64,000 bases of DNA from the NCBI GenBank assembly GCA_963736115.1, contig CAVTNR010000014.1, positions 160,001 to 224,000 on the forward strand, in the 5' to 3' direction. This DNA is from an uncultured bacterium. GTDB taxonomy: Bacteria; Zhuqueibacterota; QNDG01; DTFT01. The position numbers were made by a program, and so were the translations under genes. Positions 48,830-60,097 of the stretch are shown one piece after another (positions within the stretch are counted from its first letter, which is position 1; every line of letters starts with the position of its first letter). Under the pieces are notes generated by a model. The model made no database searches, had not been told where the DNA came from, and saw nothing but the letters and a program-made list of their open reading frames with translations.

Positions 48830-50188
48830 ATGTTCTGGCCAGAGAAGAAAACACCGAAAAAAAAGCGAAAAAAGGGGATCTCCCACTGGATCGTGCTGGG
48901 CGCATCCATCTGCACCATTTTCAGCTCCGTTCTCGTCTTCCTGCAGTACATCTATCCGGTCATGAAACACCGCGACGTCAGCAGTCCGCAATGGGTTTCC
49001 GGCGGCGGCCCCGCGTTTCCGGACGAAACGCTGATCCTGATTGCGGATTTCGAGGGCCTCGGGACACTGCGTTTCGATGTACAGGACCGGATTGTGGAAA
49101 CCCTCCGAAAGGAATTCCGTTCCTACCCGGGTATCCGCATCGAGACCTGCCCGTTGAAACTGCCGGACGAAGAAACGGGTCCTGCCTACGACCTGGGCTG
49201 GCAGGCGGATGCCTGGATGCTGTTCTGGGGCCGTTACGACGATGCGGGCATTTTTCCAGTGTTCGCCATGCCCCAGACGCTCGGCCGCTATCCGCCGGAA
49301 GCGTCGGATTCCCTGGCCATCCTGCAGATGCGGATCGCGGGAGAGATCGGCCTGACGGACCCGTCCGGCTCCGCTTTTCTTTTCAGGGATTTCCCGATGC
49401 AGGGCGCCGGGGTTCAGGAGACAGTGCGTGACCTGCTGCCCAGGCAGGCCGTTTTTCTCGTGTCCCTGGTGGCGGGGCTCCGGTATTTTCATGAAGGAGA
49501 CACCCTGAACGCGCGGCGCGCGCTGGATCGGTGCATTTCCGGGTCCGGAAACGCGTCGATCCAGCTCGGGCTGTCCGCCGCGCATGCGGCACGGGGCCGG
49601 CTCCGGATCAGCCAGGGGCGGATTCAGGCGGCGGATGAGGATCTGACGTCGGCGCTTGCATCGGACGAGCGGAACACGACAGCGCGGCTGTACCGGGCAT
49701 ATGCCCGTTTTCAAAGGGGTGACTATGCGGCCGCTTCGGAGGACGGAATCCGGTCGATCGCTGAAATGACGAAAACCGACTCGATCCTCCTGCCCGGTCC
49801 GGCGGACCGCGCATTTCTGCTGAGAATCACGGGACTTTCCGAGATCCGATCCGGCAGACCGGCAGCCGGCATCCCCCGGCTCGAAGAAGGTCTGGCCCGC
49901 CGTGATTCATCCGACGGACGTCTGGTATCCGAAGGGTATTCCGACCTGGCGGCTCATTACACCGGGCTTCAGCGTTTTGCCCAGGCGGAACAGGCGTGCC
50001 GGGCCGCCATGGCAATCGATTCCAATGCGGCCTGGATTCATTACCGACTTGCCCTGCTGACCGCCGGGGCGCGGCAGGATACGCTTTCCGCCTGCCGGTT
50101 CCTGAATAAGGCGCTCACACTGCCGACCGACAGCGTTTTCCGGTCCACCATCCGGGAGCGGATGACGGAATTCCGCTGTCCCCGATGA
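48830..50188 (+). CDS. membrane-anchored TPR-repeat protein
   Basis: Basic N-terminus then a TM helix, an ILIADFEG alpha/beta domain and helical TPR-like repeats. Confidence 0.7.
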   Translation: MFWPEKKTPKKKRKKGISHWIVLGASICTIFSSVLVFLQYIYPVMKHRDVSSPQWVSGGGPAFPDETLILIADFEGLGTLRFDVQDRIVETLRKEFRSYPGIRIETCPLKLPDEETGPAYDLGWQADAWMLFWGRYDDAGIFPVFAMPQTLGRYPPEASDSLAILQMRIAGEIGLTDPSGSAFLFRDFPMQGAGVQETVRDLLPRQAVFLVSLVAGLRYFHEGDTLNARRALDRCISGSGNASIQLGLSAAHAARGRLRISQGRIQAADEDLTSALASDERNTTARLYRAYARFQRGDYAAASEDGIRSIAEMTKTDSILLPGPADRAFLLRITGLSEIRSGRPAAGIPRLEEGLARRDSSDGRLVSEGYSDLAAHYTGLQRFAQAEQACRAAMAIDSNAAWIHYRLALLTAGARQDTLSACRFLNKALTLPTDSVFRSTIRERMTEFRCPR

Positions 50189-50207
50189 ACCGGGGGAGAG
50201 ACGGTTC

Positions 50208-50633
50208 ATGGAAGGAAATCCGCATATGCCCGACCATGCGTTCCTAGTTTTGCTCGGTGTGACCGCCGGGCTTTTCTTTCTTCTGGATGCGGCCTGGCTC
50301 GGACTGGCTGCCCGGACTTTTTACCGGAGACAGCTGGGGCATCTGATGGCAGAAGGATTCCGCTGGCCCGCGGCCGTTCTGTTTTATATTCTATTTCCCG
50401 CCGGTCTCCTCCGTTTTGTCATCCTGCCCATGGCCGGCGCGGGCTCAGCCGGTCAGGCCGCTCTCAACGGCGGCCTGTTCGGGCTGGTGGCTTATTCCAC
50501 CTATGAACTCACCAATTTGGCCACGCTCCGGAAGTGGCCGGTTCTCGTCACGGTCGTGGATATTCTCTGGGGCATGACCCTGTCCTCCGCGGTTTCCATC
50601 GTCGGCTGGCGGATCAGCGGGGTCATCCGGTAA
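50208..50633 (+). CDS. DUF2177 family membrane protein
   Basis: LDAAWLG..A..FY...LG, AYSTYELTNLATL..WP....VDILWG. Confidence 0.9.
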   Translation: MEGNPHMPDHAFLVLLGVTAGLFFLLDAAWLGLAARTFYRRQLGHLMAEGFRWPAAVLFYILFPAGLLRFVILPMAGAGSAGQAALNGGLFGLVAYSTYELTNLATLRKWPVLVTVVDILWGMTLSSAVSIVGWRISGVIR

Positions 50634-50770
50634 TATGATCCGGAGAAGGCGGGGGAGGAGTGACCGGGAATCACGGATCGGAGAATGACGTTCATGAAGG
50701 CAGGGCGCCGGTGCGGGACAAACTGCCGTGCGTCAGGCCCGGCTGAAGGATCTCTGCGGCAGGAAGAATA

Positions 50771-51274
50771 TCAGGGATCCGATGGTCCCCCGTTTCGCTT
50801 CCCCCCGAAAAGCGCCATCCATTCCTGCATTTCCCGGTCCGACATGGGCCGGTCGGTCCGTGTGTTCGAATCCGGAGGACCGGACTGACGTTCCATGGCC
50901 TGCGCGAACGTCTGCGAGTATTCGACCTTCACGCCGCAGAGACGCGCATAGTCGCCGATGTCCCGGTCGGACGAAACAAGAATGAGTTCCTCCCCCTTTT
51001 TCCGCTCGGAAATCATCTTTTTGATTAGCGGATCGGCTTTCTCCGGTGGCCTGGAGAAGCGGACGCGGACGGTTCTTTTTCGTGAAGGGGCCGGATCCGG
51101 CTCCCCGGATCCGTCGAACACCACGGAAACCTCCGCGCCTTTCGCGAGAGAAAAACCCGTGAGCCGCGCCAGCAGGGACTCTCGCGCGTTTTCCAGATCA
51201 TATTCCATTTTCCGCCGCAGTTCCGGAAACTGGTGGAGAAGGTTGTAGCCGTCGACCAGGTAAACGCGTTTCAC
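50771..51274 (-). CDS. NYN (YacP/Rae1-like) domain protein
   Basis: GTG start overlapping the dapF stop; YLVDGYNL, VVFDG, KADPLI, VSSD. Confidence 0.88.
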   Translation of the reverse strand: MKRVYLVDGYNLLHQFPELRRKMEYDLENARESLLARLTGFSLAKGAEVSVVFDGSGEPDPAPSRKRTVRVRFSRPPEKADPLIKKMISERKKGEELILVSSDRDIGDYARLCGVKVEYSQTFAQAMERQSGPPDSNTRTDRPMSDREMQEWMALFGGKRNGGPSDP

Positions 51275-52107
51275 GGTAAGATGCTCCAGGAAGCCGGGCG
51301 CAGAACGCCTTCGAATACGGTGACCGCGGGTCCCGACAGCACGACGGTTTCCCATCGGGGATCGAAATCAACGGTCAGAAGGCCGCCCCGGGTGCGCACG
51401 GAAACGGGCGGAGCGGCTTTTCCGACCGCGGACGCGATCAGGGCCGCCGCCGTGGAGCCTGTTCCGCAGGAAAGGGTTTCACCTTCGACGCCCCGCTCAA
51501 ATGTGCGGACCCGGACTGCTCCGTCCGCGGTCCAGGCGGCGAAATTCACGTTGGTTCCCCCCGGGAAGGCCGGATGATGACGGTAGAAAGGCGCCTCGGC
51601 CTCGATGTCCAGGGCTTCAAGCGCGGCCTCGTCGTCCAGAAACAGGACGAGATGAGGAACGCCCGTGTTGATGAATCCGGTTTCTCGGAAGCGGGGATCA
51701 CATGCCACTGCGGGAGATCTCGTGAATGCACCGGGTTCGACCATGCGCAGGCGGACGGTTCCGGCCTGGACTTCCATTTCATGGTTTCCGTCCGAAGCCT
51801 CAAGGATGAAGCGCCGCTCCTCCGTGAAGCCCTTTTCATAGGCGAATCGGGCCGCGCAACGGGCGCCGTTCGCGCAGAAGGCGGCCGCACCGCCGTCCGC
51901 GTTGAAATACCGCATCCGGACCGGAGCCGAGGCTCCCCGGTCCGCGAGAATGACGCCGTCCGCGCCGACCGAATGCCCCCTGCGGCAGACAGCGGAAAAG
52001 AATGCGGATTCATCACCCGTGAATCGACCGTCCCGGTTGTCAAAAACGACGAAATCGTTTCCCGTTCCGGACATTTTCGTAAATGGAATGAGATCCGTCT
52101 CTTTCAT
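51271..52107 (-). CDS. dapF: diaminopimelate epimerase
   Basis: FTKMSGTGNDF, GADG, CANGARC, TGVPH, NVNF, RTFERGVEGETLSCGTGS. Confidence 0.97.
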   Translation of the reverse strand: MKETDLIPFTKMSGTGNDFVVFDNRDGRFTGDESAFFSAVCRRGHSVGADGVILADRGASAPVRMRYFNADGGAAAFCANGARCAARFAYEKGFTEERRFILEASDGNHEMEVQAGTVRLRMVEPGAFTRSPAVACDPRFRETGFINTGVPHLVLFLDDEAALEALDIEAEAPFYRHHPAFPGGTNVNFAAWTADGAVRVRTFERGVEGETLSCGTGSTAAALIASAVGKAAPPVSVRTRGGLLTVDFDPRWETVVLSGPAVTVFEGVLRPASWSILP

Positions 52108-52796
52108 GCCGCATCATCCTGCCGGCCGCGGTCGCGGCCGGACATGAACTTCCGCAGAACGTCCGGCGTTGCTTCCCGCTTCAGCGCTCCATAGAAACGG
52201 GTGAGCGGGAACCCCACCACATTGTAGTAGCAGCCTTCGATCCGGTCGACAAATAGCCCGCTCCGGTCCTGAATTCCATATGCGCCGGCCTTGTCCATGG
52301 GCGAGCCTGAGGTCACGTAATCATCGATCTCCCATTTCTCCAGGGACCGGAACGTCACGGCGGTGCGTTCGGTGTCCGAACAGCGCCTGCCGGACAGAGC
52401 CTGAATCAGCGTAAAACCCGTGAATACGTCGTGGGTTCTGCCGGAGAGCCGACCCAGCATTTCCGCCGCATGGCCTGGGGAAGAGGGTTTCCCCAGTATC
52501 TCCCCATCCAGAACGACAACCGTGTCCGCTCCCACGATCCATCCATCCGGGGCAGCGCGCAACACCGTCTCCGCCTTTCCTGCGGACAGGGCGGAGACGA
52601 GCGTTCGGGGATCGCCGCGTTCCGGCATGTTTTCCTCGAGGCCCGGTTCCATAATGTCAAAGACGAAACCCATACGGCGGAGCAGTTCCGCGCGGCGCGG
52701 CGAACGGGAAGCCAGAATGAGCCGGGGCGCAGGCTCCGACGACCCGGGCCGGCCGTCTGCCGACGGAAACGGAGCGGACGGAGATCGGGTGTTCAT
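52104..52796 (-). CDS. maf: Maf family nucleoside triphosphate pyrophosphatase
   Basis: LILASRSPRR, GADTVV, LGKP, LSGRTH, DKAGAYGIQ, NVVGFP. Confidence 0.96.
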   Translation of the reverse strand: MNTRSPSAPFPSADGRPGSSEPAPRLILASRSPRRAELLRRMGFVFDIMEPGLEENMPERGDPRTLVSALSAGKAETVLRAAPDGWIVGADTVVVLDGEILGKPSSPGHAAEMLGRLSGRTHDVFTGFTLIQALSGRRCSDTERTAVTFRSLEKWEIDDYVTSGSPMDKAGAYGIQDRSGLFVDRIEGCYYNVVGFPLTRFYGALKREATPDVLRKFMSGRDRGRQDDAA

Positions 52797-53242
52797 GCGC
52801 CGTCCCGCGAATCCAGGATGACCGTGACCGGCCCGTCATTCACGAGTTCAACGTCCATGCGCGTGCGGAATACGCCCGATGCGACGGAGAGACCGCTCTC
52901 ACGAAGGCGGGCGATCAGCTTTTCGATCAGCGGTTCGGCCTCCTCCGGCCTGGCCGCGGCCGTAAAATCCGGCCTCCGTCCCCGGCTGCAGTCTCCCAGC
53001 AGAGTGAACTGGGATACCACGAGCGCCTCGCCGCCTGTTTCCATCGCGGATCTGTCAAAGCGGCCGGTCTCATTCTCGAAAATCCTCAGTTCGGAGCACT
53101 TTTTCCCCAGCCATTCGGCGTCCCGGTCCGTGTCGCCGCTCTCAACTCCGGCCAGAATCAGGAGGCCGTGTCCGATGGCCCCCGCGGGCCGGCCCTCCGA
53201 AAGAACCGAAGCGCGCCGGACGCGCTGAACGACGGCGCGCAT
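52793..53242 (-). CDS. dtd: D-aminoacyl-tRNA deacylase
   Basis: Start MRAVVQRV at 53242; LRIF, SQFTL, GRRPDF, NDGPVT. Confidence 0.97.
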   Translation of the reverse strand: MRAVVQRVRRASVLSEGRPAGAIGHGLLILAGVESGDTDRDAEWLGKKCSELRIFENETGRFDRSAMETGGEALVVSQFTLLGDCSRGRRPDFTAAARPEEAEPLIEKLIARLRESGLSVASGVFRTRMDVELVNDGPVTVILDSRDGA

Positions 53243-54099
53243 CAGGGATTTCCGCCGAAGAAAACTGCGGCCAGACCGGCCAGCATATCCGCTTTCATCC
53301 AGACCGCAAGCCTGCCCAGATGGCCGGGCTCGGGCTTTCGCCACATGGAGACAATGAAAACGAATACCACGGCATCCACACCGACGGCCACGATCCAGAG
53401 ATAGGTTTTCGAGAACCAGCCGAGGCGGTAGGGAAGAACCGTGGCCGCGGCCAGGAGAAGAAGAACGACGGTGACGAGGACCAGGGAAGCCCGGATTCCG
53501 AACCGGATGGGAAATGTGTCCGCCCCCTGGGTCCGGTCGCCCTCCATGTCGTCCACATCCTTGAGTATTTCCCGGGCCAGGTTGTACAGGAACGAGAAGA
53601 GACCGACCACAGCCGCGTTCCGTATGCCGCCGACCGCGAGTCCGCCGTAAACCAGGGCGAGGCCGAGCATGAAAGCCACTGTCAGGTTTCCCAGCAAAAC
53701 CGTCTTTTTCAGGGAGCGGCTGTACAGGACAAGCAGGACCGCGGAAACCAGGGCGATTGAAAGGCAGACCGTATTGATGAACGCGGCCACCGCGATGCCG
53801 GCCAGAAATGCGAGGGTTGCGAAAATCCGAGCGTCCCTGCGGGTCAGGAGACCGGAAGGAAGTGGACGGTTCGGCTTGTTGATCCGGTCGATTTCAAGAT
53901 CGTAATAGTCGTTGATCGCATTGGCGCCGGCGCCCAGGAATACGCCGGACATGGCCGCCAGCAGGAGGGGAATCCATTTCAGCTCGGCCCCGGAAACGAG
54001 GCCGCCGACAAGGATTGCTGGAAAAGCGATGGCGAGATTGTTCGGCCTCGCCAGAAGCCAGAAGCCCCGGATCCGGTCCGGCCGGAAGGCGGCGTTCAT
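53242..54099 (-). CDS. UbiA-family prenyltransferase, DGGGP-synthase-like
   Basis: LARP.N, GANAINDYYDLEIDRINKPNRPLPSG, YS..LK, GN, AREILKDVDDMEGD...G..T.P; multi-TM. Confidence 0.88.
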   Translation of the reverse strand: MNAAFRPDRIRGFWLLARPNNLAIAFPAILVGGLVSGAELKWIPLLLAAMSGVFLGAGANAINDYYDLEIDRINKPNRPLPSGLLTRRDARIFATLAFLAGIAVAAFINTVCLSIALVSAVLLVLYSRSLKKTVLLGNLTVAFMLGLALVYGGLAVGGIRNAAVVGLFSFLYNLAREILKDVDDMEGDRTQGADTFPIRFGIRASLVLVTVVLLLLAAATVLPYRLGWFSKTYLWIVAVGVDAVVFVFIVSMWRKPEPGHLGRLAVWMKADMLAGLAAVFFGGNP

Positions 54100-54749
54100 T
54101 CGGACCGGAATCCCGCGGCCGTGTGTGAGCCGTCACAGAACGGATGGTTCTTTGAAGCGCCGCAGCGGCAGAGTACCGCGCGTTCGCCGCGGAAGCCGGA
54201 GCGGCCGTCGGAATCAGATATTTCCATCGGCCCGGAGAGGATTAAGGGGCCGTCCGGGGTCAGCCGGATGCGGAGAACGCCCTTCACTCCCGGATCGCCG
54301 ATCATGTGTTCCCGGATGCGGCCGCGTTCCTCGAAATCCACGAGATCGTGACGGTTGTCGCAGAAGGGTTTAACCTTCGAAGCGCCGCACCGGCAGAGGC
54401 CGATGCGCGTGTCGCGGAACAAAGGCGTTCCGTTCGCGGCTTCGATCAGGAGATCGCCCCGGGCGTACAGGGGGCCGTTCTGCTCGACCACCAGCCGGTT
54501 TCGTTCCGGGACGGATTCTTCAGGCCCGCCGTCCAGTCTCTTGTAGTGGAGCGCGCCTGTGGGACACCGTTCGATCACTTCCGCGACTTCGTCGGGCGAC
54601 GCCGCGTCCGGGGAAATCCAGGGCTGGCGTCGCGTGTCGAACACGTCCGGCAGCCCGATGAGGCATTCTGCGACGTGGGTACAGCGGTCAATGGTGAACC
54701 GGACAATGATTTGTCCGCCTCGATAGGGGATGATCCGTTCCCGGCGCAT
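54096..54749 (-). CDS. iron-sulfur protein: divergent 4Fe-4S/3Fe-4S ferredoxin domain plus two CDGSH domains
   Basis: CTHVAEC...VF...PWI...CPTGAL; LCRCGASKVKPFCDNRH; LCRCGASKNHPFCDGSH. Confidence 0.92.
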   Translation of the reverse strand: MRRERIIPYRGGQIIVRFTIDRCTHVAECLIGLPDVFDTRRQPWISPDAASPDEVAEVIERCPTGALHYKRLDGGPEESVPERNRLVVEQNGPLYARGDLLIEAANGTPLFRDTRIGLCRCGASKVKPFCDNRHDLVDFEERGRIREHMIGDPGVKGVLRIRLTPDGPLILSGPMEISDSDGRSGFRGERAVLCRCGASKNHPFCDGSHTAAGFRSE

Positions 54750-54887
54750 GCAGTGCTCCTAATGCTAAGTATTTATAAATTAATACATTTTTTCCTTAAA
54801 ATCAAGGATAGTAAGGGATCAAATAATGATTTCGAATCCGAAGTTTTTACACTATCTTACGGATAGCAGGCCACCTGCAGAAGGAGA

Positions 54888-56432
54888 ATGAACATGAACC
54901 GGACCATCTCTGACCGTTTTAATCCGGCGCTCAAGACCGTCCTATTTCTCATGAGAACCGTGATCGGCTGGCATTTCCTTGTGGAGGGAATTGCGAAGCT
55001 ATATACACCGGGCTGGACTTCATCGGGATACCTGGAAATATCCAGATGGATTCTGAAGGACGGATTTCACTTTATCACCGCGCATCCGGCCGTTCTGCAT
55101 GTTGTGGACTGGATGAACATGCTGGGGCTGACGGCCATCGGTCTCGGCCTGATTCTCGGCGTCTTCGTCCGGACCGCGTCGGTCGCAGGCGCCGTCCTTC
55201 TGGCGCTCTATTACGTGGCGAATCCGCCCCTCCCGGGAATGGATTTCGGCGCTGTGACCGAGGGGAATTACCTGGTGATCGACAAGAATGCGGTCGAATT
55301 CTTCGCGCTCTGTGTTCTGGTCTTTCTGCCGAAGGGCTTCCTGGCCGGGCTGGAGAACCTGGGGTCCTTTTCCCGAAAAGTGCGGAGGGATTCCGCGGAG
55401 AAGCCGTCCGAAAGCTGTTCCCCTCCGGTTCCGGAATCGCAAAGCCGCCGGGAATGGATCCGGAACTGTGCCGGGCTTCCTTTTCTCGGCGCCCTGGGAT
55501 TCGCGGTTGCCGGGAAGAGAGCCTGGGAAAGCTACGAAGAGAGGAACCTCACCGACGCGACGACAAGCGCCACCATCCGGACGTTCAATTTTTCAGGTTT
55601 GAAAGAATTAAAAATGAAGGTCCCCTCCACGCGGATCGGGAATCTCGAAGTGAGCCGGCTGATCCTCGGCGGGAACTTGATCGGAGGTTGGGCGCATTCA
55701 CGGGATCTTATCTACGTCTCCAGCCTCGTTAAGAAATACCACAGCCGCGACAAGGTGTTTGAAACCCTCCTCCTGGCTGAAAAGTGCGGCGTCAACACGC
55801 TTCTCACCAATCCCTCCCTCTGCCATGTGATCGAGGATTACTGGAGGCGGGATATCGGGAAGATCCAGTACATCTCCGATCTCGGATATTCCGAGACAGT
55901 GTCCGGACTTGTCGAGTCCGTGAAGAAATCCGTCGATCGTGGAGCCAGGGCCTGTTATATACACGGCGGGACGGCCGATTTCTTTCAGGCGAAGAAAAGG
56001 ATCGCTGAATTGGGGCAGGTGGTTGAATTTATCCGCCGGACGGGTGTCCCTGCGGGCATCGGCGCCCATTCTCTCGATACCGTCCGGGATTGCGTGCGGG
56101 AAGGTGTCTTTCCCGATTTCTGGATGAAAACCCTGCATCACCACCGTTACTGGTCCGCCCGGATCCGCGAACGAAACGACAGTGTTTTCTGTGAGACGCC
56201 TGAACGCGTGATCGAATTTATGCGGAAACGGCCGGAGCCGTGGATCGCCTTTAAAACTCTGGCCGCGGGGGCCATACCGCCCACGGATGGATTTGAATTC
56301 GCCTTCCGGAACGGGGCGGATCTGATCTGCGCCGGTATGTACGATTTTCAGATCGTCGAAGACGTGAATGCCGCGCAGGCCGCGTTCGCGGCCATACGCA
56401 GGGAGGGGAGGGAGAGGGAGTGGAGGGCTTGA
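54888..56432 (+). CDS. DoxX/TQO-small-subunit membrane domain fused to an aldo/keto-reductase-like domain
   Basis: R..IGWHFL.EG..K, EGNYLVIDKN.VE; then SRLILGGN.IGG.AHSRD, GIGAH, AFKTLAAG, GAD.IC.GM.DFQ. Confidence 0.85.
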   Translation: MNMNRTISDRFNPALKTVLFLMRTVIGWHFLVEGIAKLYTPGWTSSGYLEISRWILKDGFHFITAHPAVLHVVDWMNMLGLTAIGLGLILGVFVRTASVAGAVLLALYYVANPPLPGMDFGAVTEGNYLVIDKNAVEFFALCVLVFLPKGFLAGLENLGSFSRKVRRDSAEKPSESCSPPVPESQSRREWIRNCAGLPFLGALGFAVAGKRAWESYEERNLTDATTSATIRTFNFSGLKELKMKVPSTRIGNLEVSRLILGGNLIGGWAHSRDLIYVSSLVKKYHSRDKVFETLLLAEKCGVNTLLTNPSLCHVIEDYWRRDIGKIQYISDLGYSETVSGLVESVKKSVDRGARACYIHGGTADFFQAKKRIAELGQVVEFIRRTGVPAGIGAHSLDTVRDCVREGVFPDFWMKTLHHHRYWSARIRERNDSVFCETPERVIEFMRKRPEPWIAFKTLAAGAIPPTDGFEFAFRNGADLICAGMYDFQIVEDVNAAQAAFAAIRREGREREWRA

Positions 56433-56437
56433 AGCAG

Positions 56438-56630
56438 GTTCCGGGTTCCGAGTTCCGGATTGATGATCGAGGGGTGGTGTCATCCCCACATTCTTCAAGC
56501 GGGGATCCAGGGTGGGGTGGGAGATAACATATCCTTGCGAAAACGGGCATATTCAAACTTGCATCCTGGGATCATGAACTGGAACTCGGAATCCGGAACA
56601 CGTAACTCTTTTCTTCTTTGAACTTTGAAC
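56438..56630. repeat. inverted heptamer array element 4 (GTTCCGR variant)
   Basis: GTTCCGG GTTCCGA GTTCCGG (56438-56458) versus CATGAAC TGGAAC TCGGAAT CCGGAAC ACGTAAC (56573-56606) and TTTGAAC x2 (56617-56630). Confidence 0.65.
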
Positions 56631-56649
56631 TCAAATACGCGGAGTCTTT

Positions 56650-57627
56650 ATGCGTCTTTTTTGGATCCTGTTCCTGACTTTCCTCTTCGCCGCAGGTGCG
56701 GCCCGATCCGTCGAACGGCAGAAAGTGATCCTCGACTGCGACCTGGGCGGGGATATCGACGATGCGTTCGCGGTCGGACTTCTTCTGGCGAGTCCCGAAT
56801 TCGAGATACTTGGGCTGGTCATGGACCACGGCGACACGCCGGGACGCGGCAAGATCGCCTGCCGGCTTCTGCATGAAACAGGAATGGAATCAGTTCCGGT
56901 GATCCTCGGAAGGCCTACGCCCGTGATCGTCGGCGTGGACACCGTTCCGGCGGGGCCTTCGCACCAGTTTTCCTGGGCCGAGGGATTCAACCGGCTCCGG
57001 CCGCGAAAGGGCGACGCGGCGAATTTCATTCTGCGGGCGTTGAACCGATATCCCGGCGAGGTGACCATGTTCACGGTGGGTCCGGTCTGCAACATCGCGG
57101 ACCTGCTCGACCGGGATCCGGGCGCGCTCAGAAAGGCTCGCCGGGTCATCTCGATGTTCGGTTCCTTCTTCGTCGGATATGACGGAGGCCCAACGCCGGA
57201 CGCGGAATGGAACGTGCGCGCGGATGTGCGGTCCGCTCGCCGGCTTCTCGCGTCGGGCGCCGACCTCACTCTGGCCGGGCTGGATGTCACGGTCATGGTT
57301 CAGCTGGGGGAGGCGGACCGGCAGCAGATCTTTCTCCGAAGGTCTCCGCTGACGGACGCGTTTTCGGGCCTGTACAGCCTGTGGCGTTTCGAGACCTGGT
57401 CACGGCCGGATCCGACGCTTTTCGACGTGTCTGCGGTCGGCATGGCGCTCTGGCCGGAGCTCTTCACCACGCGGGAGGCCCGTGTGGAAGTGACGGATAC
57501 GGGACATACGGTGATCGACGAATCCGGTCCACCCAATTGCAGGATCGGCGTCACGGTGGATCACGAAGAATTGAATCGACGGATGAAGTATCGGCTTCTG
57601 CACCAGAATATGGGGCGTCGACCGTAA
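56650..57627 (+). CDS. nucleoside hydrolase (IU-NH family) with signal peptide
   Basis: VILDCDLGGDIDDAFA, VGP.CNIA, AEWNV..D, GLDVT, TLFD. Confidence 0.9.
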   Translation: MRLFWILFLTFLFAAGAARSVERQKVILDCDLGGDIDDAFAVGLLLASPEFEILGLVMDHGDTPGRGKIACRLLHETGMESVPVILGRPTPVIVGVDTVPAGPSHQFSWAEGFNRLRPRKGDAANFILRALNRYPGEVTMFTVGPVCNIADLLDRDPGALRKARRVISMFGSFFVGYDGGPTPDAEWNVRADVRSARRLLASGADLTLAGLDVTVMVQLGEADRQQIFLRRSPLTDAFSGLYSLWRFETWSRPDPTLFDVSAVGMALWPELFTTREARVEVTDTGHTVIDESGPPNCRIGVTVDHEELNRRMKYRLLHQNMGRRP

Positions 57628-57815
57628 GGGATAGGTTAAATCAGAATTTAGATATCATGCTAGGCTGTAATTTTGCCTATTTTACAACATCGAACAAATC
57701 CATCGGTTTCTCCAGAGCTTTAAATTCCCGAACTCGAAATTCCAGGCCGGCACAGTCGATAAGCGCAGCCTGAAGGCTACGGCTGCCAACACATATAAAC
57801 ACGCATTCCGGAACC

Positions 57816-59500
<1,685 letters not shown>

Positions 59501-59584
59501 ATTCGAATTCGCTCCTTCGTCTGTGAACGGAATCGGGATGTGAGAGAACCGGCGTCCGGGTTCGAGGCCGGAGCGGGTCGGGCG

Positions 59585-60097
59585 TTATCCGGCGGACGGG
59601 CCGTTGCGTCCGAGTTTGTTGCGGACCTGGAGGATCAGACCGCCGGCGTCGAGGATCTCCATGACCATTGGCGGAAGGGCCGGAAAGCGGAGTTCGACAT
59701 CCCGCGTCCGGATCAAGCCGGCTTCGAAATCCACGGAAAGAACATCCCCGGTTTGAATCCGGTCCGGGGCGTCAGTGCTTTCGACAAGCGGGAGCCCCAG
59801 GTTGATGGCGTTTCGGAAGAAAATTCTCGCGAAGGATTTCGCCACGACGCAGGCCACGCCCGCCTGCTTCAGGCAGGTCGCCGCCTGTTCCCGGGACGAA
59901 CCGCATCCGAAATTGGAGCCGGCCACCAGAATGTCGCCTGGCTGAAGTTTTTCCGGAAATCCGGGATCCACGCCTTCGAGGGCATGACGGGCCATTTCAG
60001 CCGGATCGAGAATCGGAAGGTACCGGCCCGGATAAATGACATCCGTATCCACCTGGTCGCCGAGTTTCCAGACCCGGCCTTCAAAATGCTTGTTCAT
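59585..60097 (-). CDS. leuD: 3-isopropylmalate dehydratase/homoaconitase small subunit (LeuD/HacB type)
   Basis: Start MNKHFEG at 60097; [39 protein letters not shown]. Confidence 0.88.
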   Translation of the reverse strand: MNKHFEGRVWKLGDQVDTDVIYPGRYLPILDPAEMARHALEGVDPGFPEKLQPGDILVAGSNFGCGSSREQAATCLKQAGVACVVAKSFARIFFRNAINLGLPLVESTDAPDRIQTGDVLSVDFEAGLIRTRDVELRFPALPPMVMEILDAGGLILQVRNKLGRNGPSAG

